From: Paraspadella gotoi
Lineage: Eukaryota > Animalia > Chaetognatha
Reading direction: 5' to 3'
NCBI GenBank assembly: GCA_051294375.1
Contig: CM119266.1
Span: 12,762,081-12,826,080, forward strand
DNA length: 64,000 nucleotides
The position numbers were made by a program, and so were the translations under genes. Under the pieces are notes generated by a model that had not been told where the DNA came from, did not search any database, and was given only the letters and a program-made list of their open reading frames with translations. Positions 34,831 to 48,383 of the stretch are shown piece after piece (the first letter of the stretch is position 1; each line of letters starts with the position of its first letter).

Positions 34831-37264
34831 TAGACACATTTGAATCCGAAAAAGTTTTAATTAGATAACCAGTCTGGGTGTCATTCTGTTCGTTTTTCCA
34901 AGCTCTATTTAACTAAAAAAGTTTTATTTAAAAAAAAAACTTTTTCGCCCGAGCCAGGGGTGTTAAAGAGTCAAAATATGGAAATTCACCATTTTTTAGT
35001 ACTTTTTAGCTTTTTCAAGTTAATTATTTTAATATAATAATCTTTAATCAAGTTAATTACTTCTGATAATGATTTTAATTTACCCTATTTAACTGTTTTT
35101 AAAACCATTCATTAAAAAAATATTAGTTTTTAGCTTAAGCTAAGGGTGTTGAGCTAAAATGTTTAAATATTTTTTTTTAATATTTATAAATTATAATTTA
35201 TTATTTTTTTAAAGATAACTTATTTTAATTATGGTAATGAAAATATTTGACTTACCACAGCTTTAAGTTAATCAATTAATTTAATAATATTTTTTAAATC
35301 TGAAAACCCCAAAAACTTATATGATCCAAAGCAATTAATTTTAATTTTTTCACAAAATATAATTGTTATAAGATAAAATTATTTAAATAATATTCGAATA
35401 TTACTATAAAAAAATTGTTTACTTTATACTATACAAATATATTCATAATATAAATATAAATATAATTTTATTTAAAAAATATCTGAATATAAATTTTGTA
35501 CGGATAAGAGTAATAGTTTGGTTTAACTCCATATACAAATATTTTGTTATTAAATAAAATAATTTTTCTTTAATATACATTAATTTTTAAAAAAATAATT
35601 GTTTTTTACTTTTTTCATTAAATAATTGTTTAACAAAGAAGTTTTGTTTTTCTCACTAAATCTAAAAACACAAGGAAAAGAAAGTTATGATCTATAAAAG
35701 ATTCATTAAAAATAACTACCTCTTATAATCCGATTCATATATTTAAATTAATTCATAAATTTATTTAGATACTATTTTACTATATAATAATATTGTTAAT
35801 TGTTAATTAATTTACTTGATTCGCAAATTATTAACAAGTTTAAATTATAAACATTGTGTTAGAAAACGTTTTTAGATTGATCAAACAACGATTTTTATTA
35901 ATATGAGACGGACATGTTTCGGCTTTAGTTTTTTACAAGCCTTTATCGCCGATGAAGGCTTGTAAAAAACTAAAGCCGAAACATGTCCGTCTCATATTAA
36001 TAAAAATCGTTGTTTGATCAATCTAAAAACGTTTTCTATCATCCAAACACAACGAAACGAAAGGAAATAACGATGTCAAACATTGTGTTGAACTTGTTTA
36101 TTTCACTTTTAGATTATTAAAAAAAAATTTATGTTAAAAAAAAATTAATGAATTTGTTAACAACTTTATTTTTATCGTTGTTAACAAATTCATTAAATTT
36201 TCTTTGTAATCTTTAAAAACAACAAAAAAGAAAGGATCAAACAATGAATATGTTAACAAACATTTTTTTAATAAAAAATAGTTTTTCTAAAGTCTAAATT
36301 AAAATTTTTAATTAAAATATAAATCATTTCTATCCTAGCATCCCACGTAAGTCCCTCCCCTAGCCCTAACCTCTGGTTCGCGTCCAAGGCCAATCATGAA
36401 CCTTGAACCTATCATCGCCCATAAAACTTTTCCCATCTGTAACTTTCCAGTTGGGTATAACTACAACAACCTTGTTGATCATAATGCTCACTTTTACTTA
36501 TTCAACCTGAATTACAATTACCTCAAACGTTAAAACTAAACACTAACCATTAACCTAATTTTGCTAAAATTGCCATAACTAGAACATTAGTTTCAGTTCA
36601 TTAACAAAATTATTATTTTTATTATTTTCTATGCGATATCGCATAAAATCTGGATGGATATCATTTGAATAATTATATCTTTGTTGTAACAATTTCATTA
36701 TATGATTAAAAAATTTTATGAATTGCTTTGTTTTTAAGATGAATCTTTAAAAAAAAACTTTTTAGAAATAGGTTACAATAGTTTTTAATGCTTTTAATTA
36801 TAAAAAAATTAATTAACTATATTAATTAACTTAAAAAACCATTTAAAATTTTCAAATATTTTTATTATCATGATTAAAATATGTAATCCTTAGAAAAATA
36901 ATAAATAATTAAAAAAGACAATTTAGAAATTTTAGCTTTTTTAACACCCCTGGCTTAAGCCCTAAACTAATATTTTTTGTTAATGAATGTTTTAAAAATA
37001 GTTCAATATGATAATTTAAAAGCATTATCATTAGTAATTAACTTAATTAATGTTAATTATATTTAAAAAATTACTGAAAAAAGCTAAAAAATACTCATAA
37101 AAGGTGAAATTCCATATTTTTGCTCTTTAACACCCCTGGCTCGGGCGAAAAAGTTTTTTTTTTTTCAATAAAACTTTTTTAGTTAAAAAGAGCTTGGAAA
37201 AACGAACAGAATGACACCGAGACTGGTTGTTTATTTAAAACATTGTCGGATTCAAATATGTCTA
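34831..37264. mobile_element. Non-autonomous hATm-type element F
   Basis: Long (~330 bp) TIRs starting TAGACACATT, the same terminus as element E; perfect 8-bp TSD ATAAGTAT. Confidence 0.88.
35861..36077 (+). mobile_element. Penelope-type near-perfect palindrome with degenerate hammerhead and 12-bp TSD
   Basis: Palindrome 35860-36038 centred on 35949; CCGATGA-AGGCTT..AAGCC-GAAA-CATGTC; tail CAACGAAACGAAAGG; TSD AAACATTGTGTT. Confidence 0.75.
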
Positions 37265-37286
37265 ATAAGTATTCCCCGATCTAATA

Positions 37287-37546
37287 CTTAAGGGAGTGGT
37301 CTTTTCATACAATTGAAACATTCTTTGAAATATTTTCCATTTCATTGATAAGGAAGCCAGGTACTCTGGGAGTGAATAAACGAGACTGTGAGAGAGTCTT
37401 GATTGAAAGCTTGCAGGGACCTGCTATGTCATTATCTTGTAAGAGTGATGGAGGCCTTAAACCACCAAAGCCTGTCCAAAGTCAGGGGCAAGATAGCTTA
37501 TTTATTAAATGAATGGATAATTTTTATATTGGTTGTACCAATTTCA
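37287..37546 (+). repeat. Dispersed repeat R, full copy
   Basis: Near-identical to 24695-24954. Confidence 0.9.
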
Positions 37547-38516
37547 TAATATAATAACTCGCAGCATTGAAAACCTTCAAGATGCATCCTGCTTGAAAGC
37601 CGCAGTTTTGGGAATTCTTGTATGCGATAGCGTTGGCGAAGTAAATAATATCCAGATTGTTGCCGTAGACCACCTTGTTTTTTAAATAATCCTCTTCGTC
37701 TGGGTAATTTTCGTAATAGTGAACCACTTCGGGTATGAGTGAATATTCCTGAGAGAATTAGAATATACATGCTGCAATTTGAAGAACTTTTTTTTGAAAA
37801 ATCAAGTCGCCCCATTAAAATGAAATTAAAATACATGTAAATATACTAAATATTGACTGTCATGACAACCGCAACCCCAATCAAGCTTTGGTTAAAACGA
37901 AAACTACTACATACATAGTTGTCTTACATCGTCAAAGACTTTGCTCTCTTTTGAGGACACCGATTCTCCCGACTGCCCCGGCTCCACCAGTTCCGCCTCA
38001 TCATTATCATAGGGGTCGGGGGGCTCCAGAGTTTCCACAGGGTCCACGGCATCCCAACGCTTCGGCAACTCCTGAATCGATGTAAAAGGTTCAATTTTTA
38101 AGACCAAGTTGTAGCTTTTTTGTTTAAAATTAAACTTTTACTGGTCGAGAAGGGCGCGAGGAATCGGACCAGAACCATTCAACGATCCGTGAGTAAATAG
38201 CGCAGCAGAAACTGGACATGGAGCCGTCGTGACTCGCTTCACTTCTAGTTGCGGCCTCGTTACTTGAGTCTACAGAATCGATATTCTCCAAAACCACTGG
38301 GAGGGCATCTTCATTCGACTCGACGGAAGATGGGTCGACGTTTTCTTCCTCAAATCGGTTGACGTCGTAGGGGCCATCATCGTCATCGTCACTGCGAAGA
38401 TCCTCCTCGGTGTCATTGTACCGAGGTTGAAGGATAGAAGGCACAAAATGAACGCAATTGTTTGTGGAAGGCGAGATAACCAAGACGTCTTCTCCGTTAA
38501 AGACGGCTTGCGACAT
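37524..38516 (-). CDS. Orphan acidic protein, 3 exons, about 250 aa
   Basis: Three ORFs joined by phase-0 GT-AG introns (CCA|GTAAAA...CAG|GAG; GAT|GTAAGA...CAG|GAA). The stop lies inside repeat R. Confidence 0.6.
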
Positions 38517-39401
38517 TTCTACTTGTTTTTTAAATATTTTTTTTTTCGTTCGGTACTCCTAGTGATTTCTCATCGTTACCCTGATATGGGTCCGATGAGA
38601 AACGGAAAACATCTGAAATTATGTTCAAAAAGTAAACAACACTAGTACTAATCAACAGTCAGAATTTTTCCTCTGTCCCTGGCTTAAAAATAGCTAAATC
38701 TACAATAAAATAGGGGATATAAAATCCGTCGATCGGAACGGCCCGCATCTGATACCAGTTATCGAATATCGAAGCCACATGTTACGGAGGTTTTTTAACG
38801 TGAGAAGAAATTACGTATTTATAATATAACTTTATAAAGCTGATAATTCGATCTGTTACTCCCGATGGTCGATTATGATACACAAGACTGACGAAATAAA
38901 AGATGTGACAGAGAATTGTCTGCCTTTGAAAAAGAATACGGATTTGTAAAGTAGTTTTTGAAAGTAACCAAAAGATTACTAGTTTCCTAACCGAAGTGCA
39001 TACCATCTATGAGAAAGTGGAATGTGGCTCAAAAGAAAAAACGGCGTAAGACTTTCCAGACTAAACACTTCGCCTGCGTTTATGAATATTGAATAAATAT
39101 ATTCATAAAGTACAAAGAACTACAAAGATGGATTTTAAAGCGTATCTTATAAAACCGTTTAACAATTTTTTACCAAATTTCGTGCAGCTACCTCACATCA
39201 GCTTTCAAGTAATAAAAATGTCGCTTATGTGATTACTTAGCACAATTTATACTTAAATCATACATAGCACAAGGAATATAATAGAAATAGTAACAATGTG
39301 AGTATTTTATGTCCACCGTTCAACAGTCTTGCGACTCAAAGGTCGTCTAACTTTTTCTTGTTGATCTTTACAATTACCTCTGTTAAAATTACCATGACAT
39401 A

Positions 39402-42400
39402 TCACAAAAAAGGGTTTCCCGCGATCCTACTAGTCTGCTGTCCCGCCCCGAAGCCGAATCCGCTGCCCGCAGATCCGCCAGCGGCGAAACCACCCCCGCC
39501 CAGAAAGGGATTAGCGCCGGAGGGTTGCCCCGTTGCTGGGACCGATCCTGGTCCCGGAATTCTAGACGCGCCGAACAAGTTTTGCTGTGCTTGATGTTGT
39601 TGTTGTTGCTGATGCCAGTTTTGAGGTTGATGGCCAATGCTGCTTTGAGCCGTCGCAAATTGGTTTCCTGTGGCGAAGACGTTGGCCCCCGGCGGCTGAA
39701 CGAAACCGCCAGGCGCCAAAGAGGAAGTCTGAAACACGGACGGCTGCTGCGCCCCAAACGGGGACGACGAAACCGAGGTTTGCAGGTTGGAAGGAAAGCC
39801 AGTTTGATTAAAGTGCTGAGACGGTTCTGGCAAGGAGGCGACGAAATTCGCTTGGTTGGGCTTGCCCCATAGCGCCCCAGTAGAGACTCCAGGTGCATTA
39901 GAAAACATTGTTGAAGTTGTGGGGGGCTGCATTCCTCCTAAATAAATAAAATAAAGTTTAAAACTTTCGCCAGATTTTTTTTGGTCCGAAATGAAAATAC
40001 TGCGGCGACGACAACAACAACAACGACAACAACCTCGACAATGAAACTGACATTTGACCAAGGTCAAGTTCCTGACCTTAAATCAACCTTACCTTTACTA
40101 TTGTTTAGCGTTTTCCCTTATTTCTTACTTACCATTGTTTTGTCTTTTACCTTACTTCGTTTTTGAATGATTTCGATCATTACATGTCTTATCCTTAAAC
40201 TGAAAACAACTCGATATTTTTCTCTACAAAAATCTACAAAGTCAGATCCCTAAGTGGTGAGCCCTACTATCGAACACGCAACCTTCTCAGGGTACGCTAC
40301 GACAAACGCCTATGTCCTGCCGACTTCGGGTACGCTACGACAAACGCCTATGCCCCTGGGGTACGCTACGACAAACGCCTATTCCCCCACAACTTGCGCT
40401 CTCTCTCTCTCTCTCCCACTATGGTAACAGTCTTGTCAGACACCTCTCAGGCTTGAGGAACCTGAGTGATGTCTTGGCCCGGGGATCCTGTGGCGGTATA
40501 TTCACACCGCCTCACGTCCACCATCCTTCAGCCAAATACATTGGCTCAGAGGGGGAACACACCATCCCAGGCGTAGTGTTCCATCCAGTCCTAACGACTT
40601 CCCTCTGCGTTGGCAAAGCGAGACCGTCCTAGGGTAACCGCGCCAGTGACTGGAGGCGTCACTGAGGGTCGGAAGCCCCCAAAGCCAACAGTGAGATGCC
40701 CCATCCCAATGGGCATTACAGGCAACCCGGCTGTTGCCATAATACGTGCATTTTCCTCCAGGCGATGGTCGGTTATTTATTACTTTTGGGTGGCATCTTA
40801 GCCAATAACAAAAGGTTCATATGATGAGCGGAATATAATATAATATTCAAAAGGACCTTGCAACCATTCCCTCATATGAAAAACTATAAACTCTAAACAG
40901 TATGCGTCAATAATAAACAAACACTAAATTACCCGATACAAAGAATGGATTCGTCGACGATGGACCCTGACTTTGACTGCAAAATGACGGAACAGTCGCG
41001 GACGTTCCACCGAACAGACTACCAGCAGCAGTGCCAGACGAAGAAAACGGATTCACCGAACCTTTTGCAGAAAATTAGAAACGTAACTCAGATGTACATA
41101 AAAAATTCCTTCCAGAAATTCTTTTACCGATCGTAGAAGCGACTGAAACGGTGGCGGCGGTAGAACTAGGAAAGGAAGACGATCCTGGCGTCGGAGAGCT
41201 TCCGGTCCAGTCGATATTCGGAGCTGAAGTCGTTGTAGTCGAGAAAATTGTGTCGAGCTCCGCCAACGCCGCGTACTTATCCGAAAGCGATAAGCCGGCC
41301 GTCGCGGTAGGTGGAGCAGGCTGGGACCTAGACGATGCCCCGTTCAACAACGGAGGCGCTCCAGGGACACCGCCGTTGGAAAATGAGGCGGGTGCAGGGG
41401 CTTTGGGTTCAGCGTCGAAAGCGGGAAAGGAAGCCCAGTTGTTTTGGGAGGGTGGGTCAAAAGGCGAGGCGACGGAAGTCGGATTCGGCTGCTGCGACGA
41501 AGTTTGCGAGGGAAACAGAGAGGCGCTGCTGGTTACGTTGGACGCGTTGCCGAATGCAGCGTCGAAATTAGCGAAGCCGAACCCGTTGCTGTCGGAAGGC
41601 TTTGAAACCGAGGGATTGGCGAAAGGGTCGCTGCCCCCGAAATCGCTGAATAGGCTTTTGGCGTCGGACGCGGAGTCTCCTGATGTGGAATGGCATTGAG
41701 CAAAATTAAGTTTACACGCCAAGCATTTTCGTACAGAATACCTGCCCCACTCGGAAAAGCGGTAGAAGATTGACTGACTACAGCAGGGGACGCCACGGAC
41801 GCGGGTGGCGTAGCCTGTGCCGTTGATGGCGGAGCGGCTTGTGATATGACAGGTGCCTGAAGTGTAGCAGCGGACGCCTGCGTCTATTAAAGGCGTTATT
41901 TGTGGTAAGTTTTTCAACTAAAAAATTCTTAAGAAAAAGGGTCATTCAAATCAACTTGAAAATAGGCAAAAATGCATTCTACGCCATTTTATATCGGTTT
42001 TAATTATAATATTGTAGTATCCGGCGATCTCTCGCTCTCTCTCTCTCCTATTCTCCTCTTCCTCTTCTTCTCTATCCTCTTCCTCTCTCGCCGATAGAGA
42101 TTTTCGCATTCGTCGATAAAAAAAAAAAAAATTCTTTTGTACGTTTGCCTTTTCCTCATGGAAAATATATTATGAAATTGGTACAACCAATATAAAAATT
42201 ATCCATTCATTTAATAAATAAGCTATCTTGCCCCTGACTTTGGACAGGCTTTGGTGGTTTAAGGCCTCCATCACTCTTACAAGATAATGACATAGCAGGT
42301 CCCTGCAAGCTTTCAATCAAGACTCTCTCACAGTCTCGTTTATTCACTCCCAGAGTACCTGGCTTCCCTATCAATGAAGTGGTATAATATTTCAAAGAAT

Positions 42401-43827
42401 GTTTCAATTGTATGAATTGATGATGTATGAATTGATATTATGTGGTCTACGATATACTTCGTCTTCACTCACCATTTTCGTAGGCTACAATAGAAAATAA
42501 AAGAAACCTATCTGAAGAGTTGCAGGTCAAACAAAAAGGCCAATCCATCTGATATTTTTTATGAATTTTTTATTAGTGAATTAGAAAAATTAAATTAAAT
42601 TTCAACTTGTATCCTTGAAAATGAAACGTTTTTAAACTTTAACCCTGAATTCTTTCTAACTGGAACACGTTTATCGAAATATCTCTATTACATTTTCACA
42701 AATGTTTTTAAGATTGCTAATCAAATTTTTAAATCAATATTATTGCAACTCTTTAAATTCAGTGTAGATCGAATTTTTTTACCATCTATTTAACTAAAGA
42801 TTTTGTTCACGACTGGAAAACCAACAGAGTAACAAGATTAATTGTTTAACTCTCCCCTACTAAATTTGCCTTTACCATGTTTTAACTTTTTACCTACAAT
42901 TTTTTAACAACCAGATTGAAAAACAAATCTTTAAAAAAATGTGCTTACCGATTTAATTTAACCATTTTGTTATTTACCGATTTAAAAAAAATATTTAAAA
43001 CAGAATGTTTACATATAAATAAAAACTTTTTTTTGGTGATTACTGGTGATTACGATGTATTTCTCGATGTATTAGCTCTAATACATCAAAGATTGAAGTT
43101 GAGTTGAATGACCTTTCCTCTTAAGAGAAAACAGATTAAAATGCTCACTCGAATGATCGCTGAAGAAGAAATGGCAGGCGGCCGACTGCTGGTAATGATA
43201 TTTCCGCTGCCGACAATGACGGACCTAGATAATTTTTTAAGCGAGTTTCCTAAAATATTCAGCTCCACTTACGTTATTGCTGTCAATACTCACCCCTGTC
43301 TACTTGCGGCGTTTGCTATGCTAGTAGCGGCAGTCATGTTGGCCTGCTTGGCGGCCTCTCGAACGGCGTCGGTCGGGGCCACGTAAAACCTCTTTTTTTC
43401 GTACTTTTGCGTCATAAAGTCTTTGATCTTTTCGTTGTCCTTAGGATCAGGTTCAAGACCCATTTGAGGGTCGTAAAGGCCCAACCAAACACGTCGGCAA
43501 TACTCGTTTCCTGTACAAAGTAACACGGAATTTGAAGTAGGAAAACCTGTCCAAACAAGGCCATCTTGGCTTCTCACCGCAGCTGTTGAGCAATTCGATC
43601 TCCTCGGCGGAGAAGCTGGCCATAGAAATGCTTTTGACGCGATGCGGCGGCGTGATGCCGCGAAGTTTCCCGCTGCAAGCGGTGCAGACGAAAGAACCGA
43701 TGGTCATGTTGGCGTAGGTCGGCCCCCGTTGGTGGCAGTCGAAGCACTGACGGTTGAAGGGTCGCGACACGATTTCTCGCAGCGTCTTAAGGTTCTTCTC
43801 GTCTTGTTTTCGTTTCGAAGACGCCAT
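39402..43827 (-). CDS. AGFG1: ArfGAP with FG repeats (AGFG1/Hrb/Drongo)
   Basis: MASSKRKQDEKNL; CFDC-x16-CTAC zinc finger; PPHRVKSISM; KYEKKR; DKYAALAELD; FG and NPF motifs; ends NPFL. Confidence 0.93.
40251..40741 (+). mobile_element. TRIM (miniature LTR retrotransposon) lacking its 5' LTR, in an AGFG1 intron
   Basis: tRNA-Trp-like PBS at 40255; three 24-bp repeats GGGTACGCTACGACAAACGCCTAT; PPT GGGGATCC; LTR 40489-40741 nearly identical to 62213-62467. Confidence 0.8.
42173..42416 (-). repeat. Dispersed repeat R, inverted copy in an AGFG1 intron
   Basis: Reverse complement of 37287-37546, missing the first ~17 bp. Confidence 0.88.
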
Positions 43828-44336
43828 CTTCCCTTCCGTTCGCGATAAGTTAAATTGCCAGGAAGTTTCGCGAGATGGTAGAAAGAGATTTTCAAGGCCT
43901 AATGTTTAACGTAATGCGTGCTATTGTTTCGTTTTTTGTTTCTATCGTCGTTCAGAGTGGATACGGGGGTCGTTTATGCTCATTTAAACTGTACTATTCT
44001 AAGAAGTAGGCTAAATTAAAAATAAAATTAAAAAAGGGGCGAGTAGAAGAAGTGGGTTTATTCGTTGAGTTAAAACATTTTGTAAAGAGCTGATTTTATG
44101 TATCTTGTTTTCAAATTTATTTAAAAATTGTTAACCAAAGGCTAGTGAAAATATATAAAATTCTAAAAAAATTTAGGAATTAATCTAACTGAAACAAACT
44201 GAAACGCAAGAGTTTTGACTAGAACGCAAGTGAATTAATTTAATCGATCGACCCGAAATAGCAAGAGATTTCCGTTTTCCGCACCCAACCAAAAAGTTCC
44301 TGCTCACTGCAACAGAAGCGGATTCCTTGCCAGGAA

Positions 44337-47300
44337 TTACATTTCGTGCCGCAACGCCGTCGGATCGAAAAACTTTTCCAAGATGGATTCCACTTCCGTC
44401 GGTGAGTACTTTATGTATTTTTCGGGGTTTTTGCTGAAGGATATCTTAAGATATTTCGAGTGGAAAGTCGTGTATTGCGGAATGACCATGTTGATGATCT
44501 CCTTCCGAAGGTTGTCGCGGAGGTTACAATCGGGAACGGCGAAGAACTTTTGAATTCCTGCGAGCTCCTCTAGTTCTTTGTTGAAGTTGGCGAATTTGTC
44601 CTTGATAACCTGTCGATCTTTGTCCTTGACCTTCTGCCCAGTGGATGGCGCGCCAACCGTGGGACCGGAGATTGATTCCATGCAATTGTAAAGGACGCGT
44701 TTCCAGCACTGAAGATATTGATTACGCTGGTCGTTAACCTGAAATAAACGAAACGAAACGAATTTTTTTTCTTTTAAGTTTTATTTCTAAACCATGTAGT
44801 AAATACCAGTTGTTGGTAAGTATTTTCCATACGGTTATCCAATGAAGAAACAAGCCTTAATATCCCTGACGACTGTAAACTTGTCACGATGTAATTGTAG
44901 TTATTGAGCAGAAAAATGGCTTTTTTGGCAGGATCGTCGTAATGCTCTGACTTGTTTTTGAGGTACAAATTCAAAGTACCTGCGTCATTGATTTAGAGGA
45001 AATAAATACTAGCGAGATAAGTGTCAAATTTCAAAAATTAATTACCCAATAGCTTGATGAAATATGAAGAGAGGCATTTAATATTTTGGGTTTTTTCTGG
45101 TGAACCGGAGCCGTTGAATGATGGTTCTTGAGATGCCAGCATTCGACCAGCGATTTGTTGATAATCTAGAGTCTGATAAATGATAAAAAAAAAAAATTGT
45201 AATAAGAAAAATAGAGAATTATGGCAACGGGAGGATAGCCTGTGATACCCGGGCGCGGGGTATCTCACCAACTGGCGTAGGGGCTGCGGACCCTCAGTGA
45301 CCGCCTCCTGTCACTGGCATGTTTATACCAGCACCGTCACATTTAAGCCAGAACCGGGATACCCAGGGATCGAACCCGGGACGCACGGATGGAATGAGAT
45401 GATTTAGCCTGCTCAGCCATTGAGACAAGGCTGAGGACGGACAGCAGTGAGGCAGCTTTAAGTCTTGCTGCCACAGGATCCCCCCACCAGACTTCTCCAC
45501 AGGGGCCTCAATCCTGAGGAGATGTCTGAGAGAAGGTTTTTGATCTCATTGCCATAGTGAGAGCGAGCGGCGAGCGAGCGAGCGAGTCTGGAGCGTTACC
45601 AGAGAAGTAGGGCATAGGCGTGATATGCATAACCTAAGCGACGTAAGCGTGGGCGCACGGTGCGCAGCGGTTGCGTGTTCGAGAGTAGGGCTCAACTTAT
45701 GGCAACGGGAGGATAGCCTGTGATACCCGGGGCGCGGGGTATCTCACCAACTGGCGTAGGGGCTGCGGACCCTCAGTGACCGCCTCCTGTCACTGGCATG
45801 TTTATACCGGCACCGTCACATTTAAGCCAGAACCGGGATACCCAGGGATCGAACCCGGACGCACGATGGAATGAGATGATTTAGCCTGCTCAGCCATTGA
45901 GACAAGGCTGAGGACGGACAGCAGTGAGGCAGCTTTAAGTCTTGCTGCCACAGAATTATATTTTTTTTCTCTAACCTGATTCATAAATCCCAACACATTG
46001 CTGGTGAGTTGGTGAACAGTGCCATCTTCCGGTAAATGGCGATCCGGATCCCGCCGGATTCCGAGGTTAAACTCCTCCAAGGCTCGAGCCCCGGTTGCGT
46101 TTAATTGCGACGCCAACGAGGACAGCTGCTGCTGCGTCGACGGCTTGCAGCCTTCTAAGGCCTTATATATTAATTAAAAAGCATATCATTGGAGATCACT
46201 TTCAAAACAATTAAAAATCATAATTTAATTTTTAAAAAGTTTACGAATCATTTCGAAGCGACTAAGCCCAACCTTATCGTATTCCGACCGAAGGCAACGA
46301 AAATGACGCAGTACCGGAAACAAGGCCAAGACGGAAGAATGGTCGTGGTTTGCGATAGTTTTCGACGCTCTCTCGGTAATAGATTTTCCTGCATTAAGAA
46401 CACGTCACGGAAGGGTTTTTAGGGTTCCCGATCAAAAGTCCAACCGTTCGAATCTCCTTACCTTCGTTGACAACGATGGGCAAAAGCTTTGAGACGATCC
46501 GATCGTAGATTTCTTTCCGGTGTAGGGATGGAATCACAAGCTCCATCAGTTTTTTTTCATTTTGGATGATGATTAGTAAAGCCGTTAATGTCTTTTGTAA
46601 AAAAAACAAAATTATAACTTATTTAGGTGATCCAAATGTAGAAATCATAAATTAAAATAATAACCTGTATGTAAGGTTCAACTTCGATTTCAGTTGACTC
46701 TTCTCCGTCGGGTCCCGCCGAACCCATCGATCCGAGCGCGTTACTACGCCGGGTGCTTTGCTTGCTTGCGCCTGAGAAGACCATAGGAAATTAATTAATT
46801 AGGCAAGGCTTTAGAATGAAATATTTTTAAAGAAAAAACTTACTCGTTTCCTTCTTCGCAAGGACGGCATTTTTTAACGTGCCTCTCATTCCTTTTTTCG
46901 GGGTGGAATCTTGCCTTATGCCGAATCTAAGATAAAAGAATTGTAAAAAAAATTTACATACAATCCAATGCCATGACAAGATGGAACCGCAAGCTGGTCG
47001 AGCAAACTCCAAAGGCAAACAACCTCAGAAAAAGTAATGCCAAAAAAAGCACGCGTTGTTGCAGCCAAGATCGAGCAATTGTTAAAAATGGCCAAAAAAT
47101 TCAGGGAGGATTGGGATGACCGGTAATGAAAAATATTAAAAAATCACAACTCAATGATACTCACAAAAGTGCAAGCGATCTGAACGACAGTCTTCAGAGA
47201 AAAGGTGTCGCGAAAATCGTTTAATGTTGCTTGCGAACAACTTAAGTGGTTTATATATTAATTATTATATTAATTAACCTACACGTTCTTGCTCTACCTT

Positions 47301-48383
47301 CCAGTCGAAGATACACCGATGGTTGCAGTTTTAAGTTGCGACCTGAGTCCCTCCAGCGATTTGGTCATCGTAGATAGCCGAATGCTCTCGTAGGCGCTCA
47401 TAAAATCGAGAGATTTGTTCGCAACGAGCCTGGCGCAAACAAACAGATTTAAAGTGCCATCGTTAAAAACTATAAATTCGTCAGGTAAACATTACGATAA
47501 TTTTCTCTCCGGTTACCATTTGGATATCGCTTCGAGTTCCTGATTGATTTTGGGCGGATATCGAACGTTGTTGGCCCAATCTGGACCCAAAATGTCTTCG
47601 ATTTCGCCGAGGGCATCGAAATCGTCGCCCTTAGTCGATAACTCCTCGTTAAGGCTCTCCAGAGCGTCGAGGATGACTTTAGGAGGAATCGGTCTGTAAA
47701 TAAAAAGCAAAAGTTGGCATATTGAGATTCACTCGGCCTGGGATTAGCGAAGATCGTTACCTGCTGTGGCGGGAGAGCAGCGTCCTAAATTCGCTTTTCA
47801 AAGCGTCGCAGCCTTGCTCGAAGAGATCTTGGAGCGTAACTTGTTCCACGCTATCGGGGCAATTTTGGTCGAAGTAAACAATGGCAGCCTTAATCCTTTC
47901 CAGAGAATCCACGTAAGTTTGCAGTTGACCGGAGGGACCCTCGCGGATTGTCGTCTGTGCGTCTCGGGCCACGTCGTAATAACTTATAACGTGCTCTAAA
48001 ACTTTTAAGGTTTTGTCCACGTTTTCTTGCCTATAGAAACAATTTAGTGAACAGTCACAGTTGCATATTGCATTAGAAATGACCGCTAAAGTAAGTCAGA
48101 GAGCCAGTCCCGCACCTTCGCTGAAGAGTAGCGGTTTCCGTGTAAACGGGTGTGATAGTATCTTCCAGTTTGGCGAGACGACCTTCGAATTTGGAGAGAA
48201 TCTCCTCCATCTGATGCGTCGTCGTGTCATGTCGAGATAAAAGATCCTGAGCAGATTAAAGAAACGTAAAAGGACAGTTTTAACTGTGAACTCTTTAATT
48301 CCCCATACCTGGAGATGAGATAGTTGGGTTTGTTCTCTGTACAACTTCTTCTGAATGTGACCTTTGAATTGCAAGTCGTTCAT
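44337..48383 (-). CDS. EXOC7: Exocyst component 7 (Exo70)
   Basis: EFRTLLSRHSRPIPP, LPEDGTVHQLTSN, AIFLLNNYNYI, KDKDRQVIKDKFANFN, FSKNPEKYIKY. Confidence 0.95.
45220..45952 (-). mobile_element. Complete TRIM with tRNA-like (Pol III box) LTRs, Helenus-like
   Basis: LTRs 45698-45952 and 45220-45475; 222-bp internal region; PPT GGGGGGATCC; 4-bp TSD GAAT; A-box TGGCTGAGCAGG and B-box GGTTCGATCC inside the LTR. Confidence 0.85.

Noticed and set aside
40290-40382. Three 24-bp repeats with short spacers as a mini-CRISPR
   Set aside because: Spacers are only 7-14 bp and the array lies inside a TRIM in a eukaryotic intron.
45476-45700. Group II intron or ribozyme in the TRIM interior
   Set aside because: No domain V and no complete hammerhead, HDV or twister core; LTR, PPT and TSD structure explains the element.
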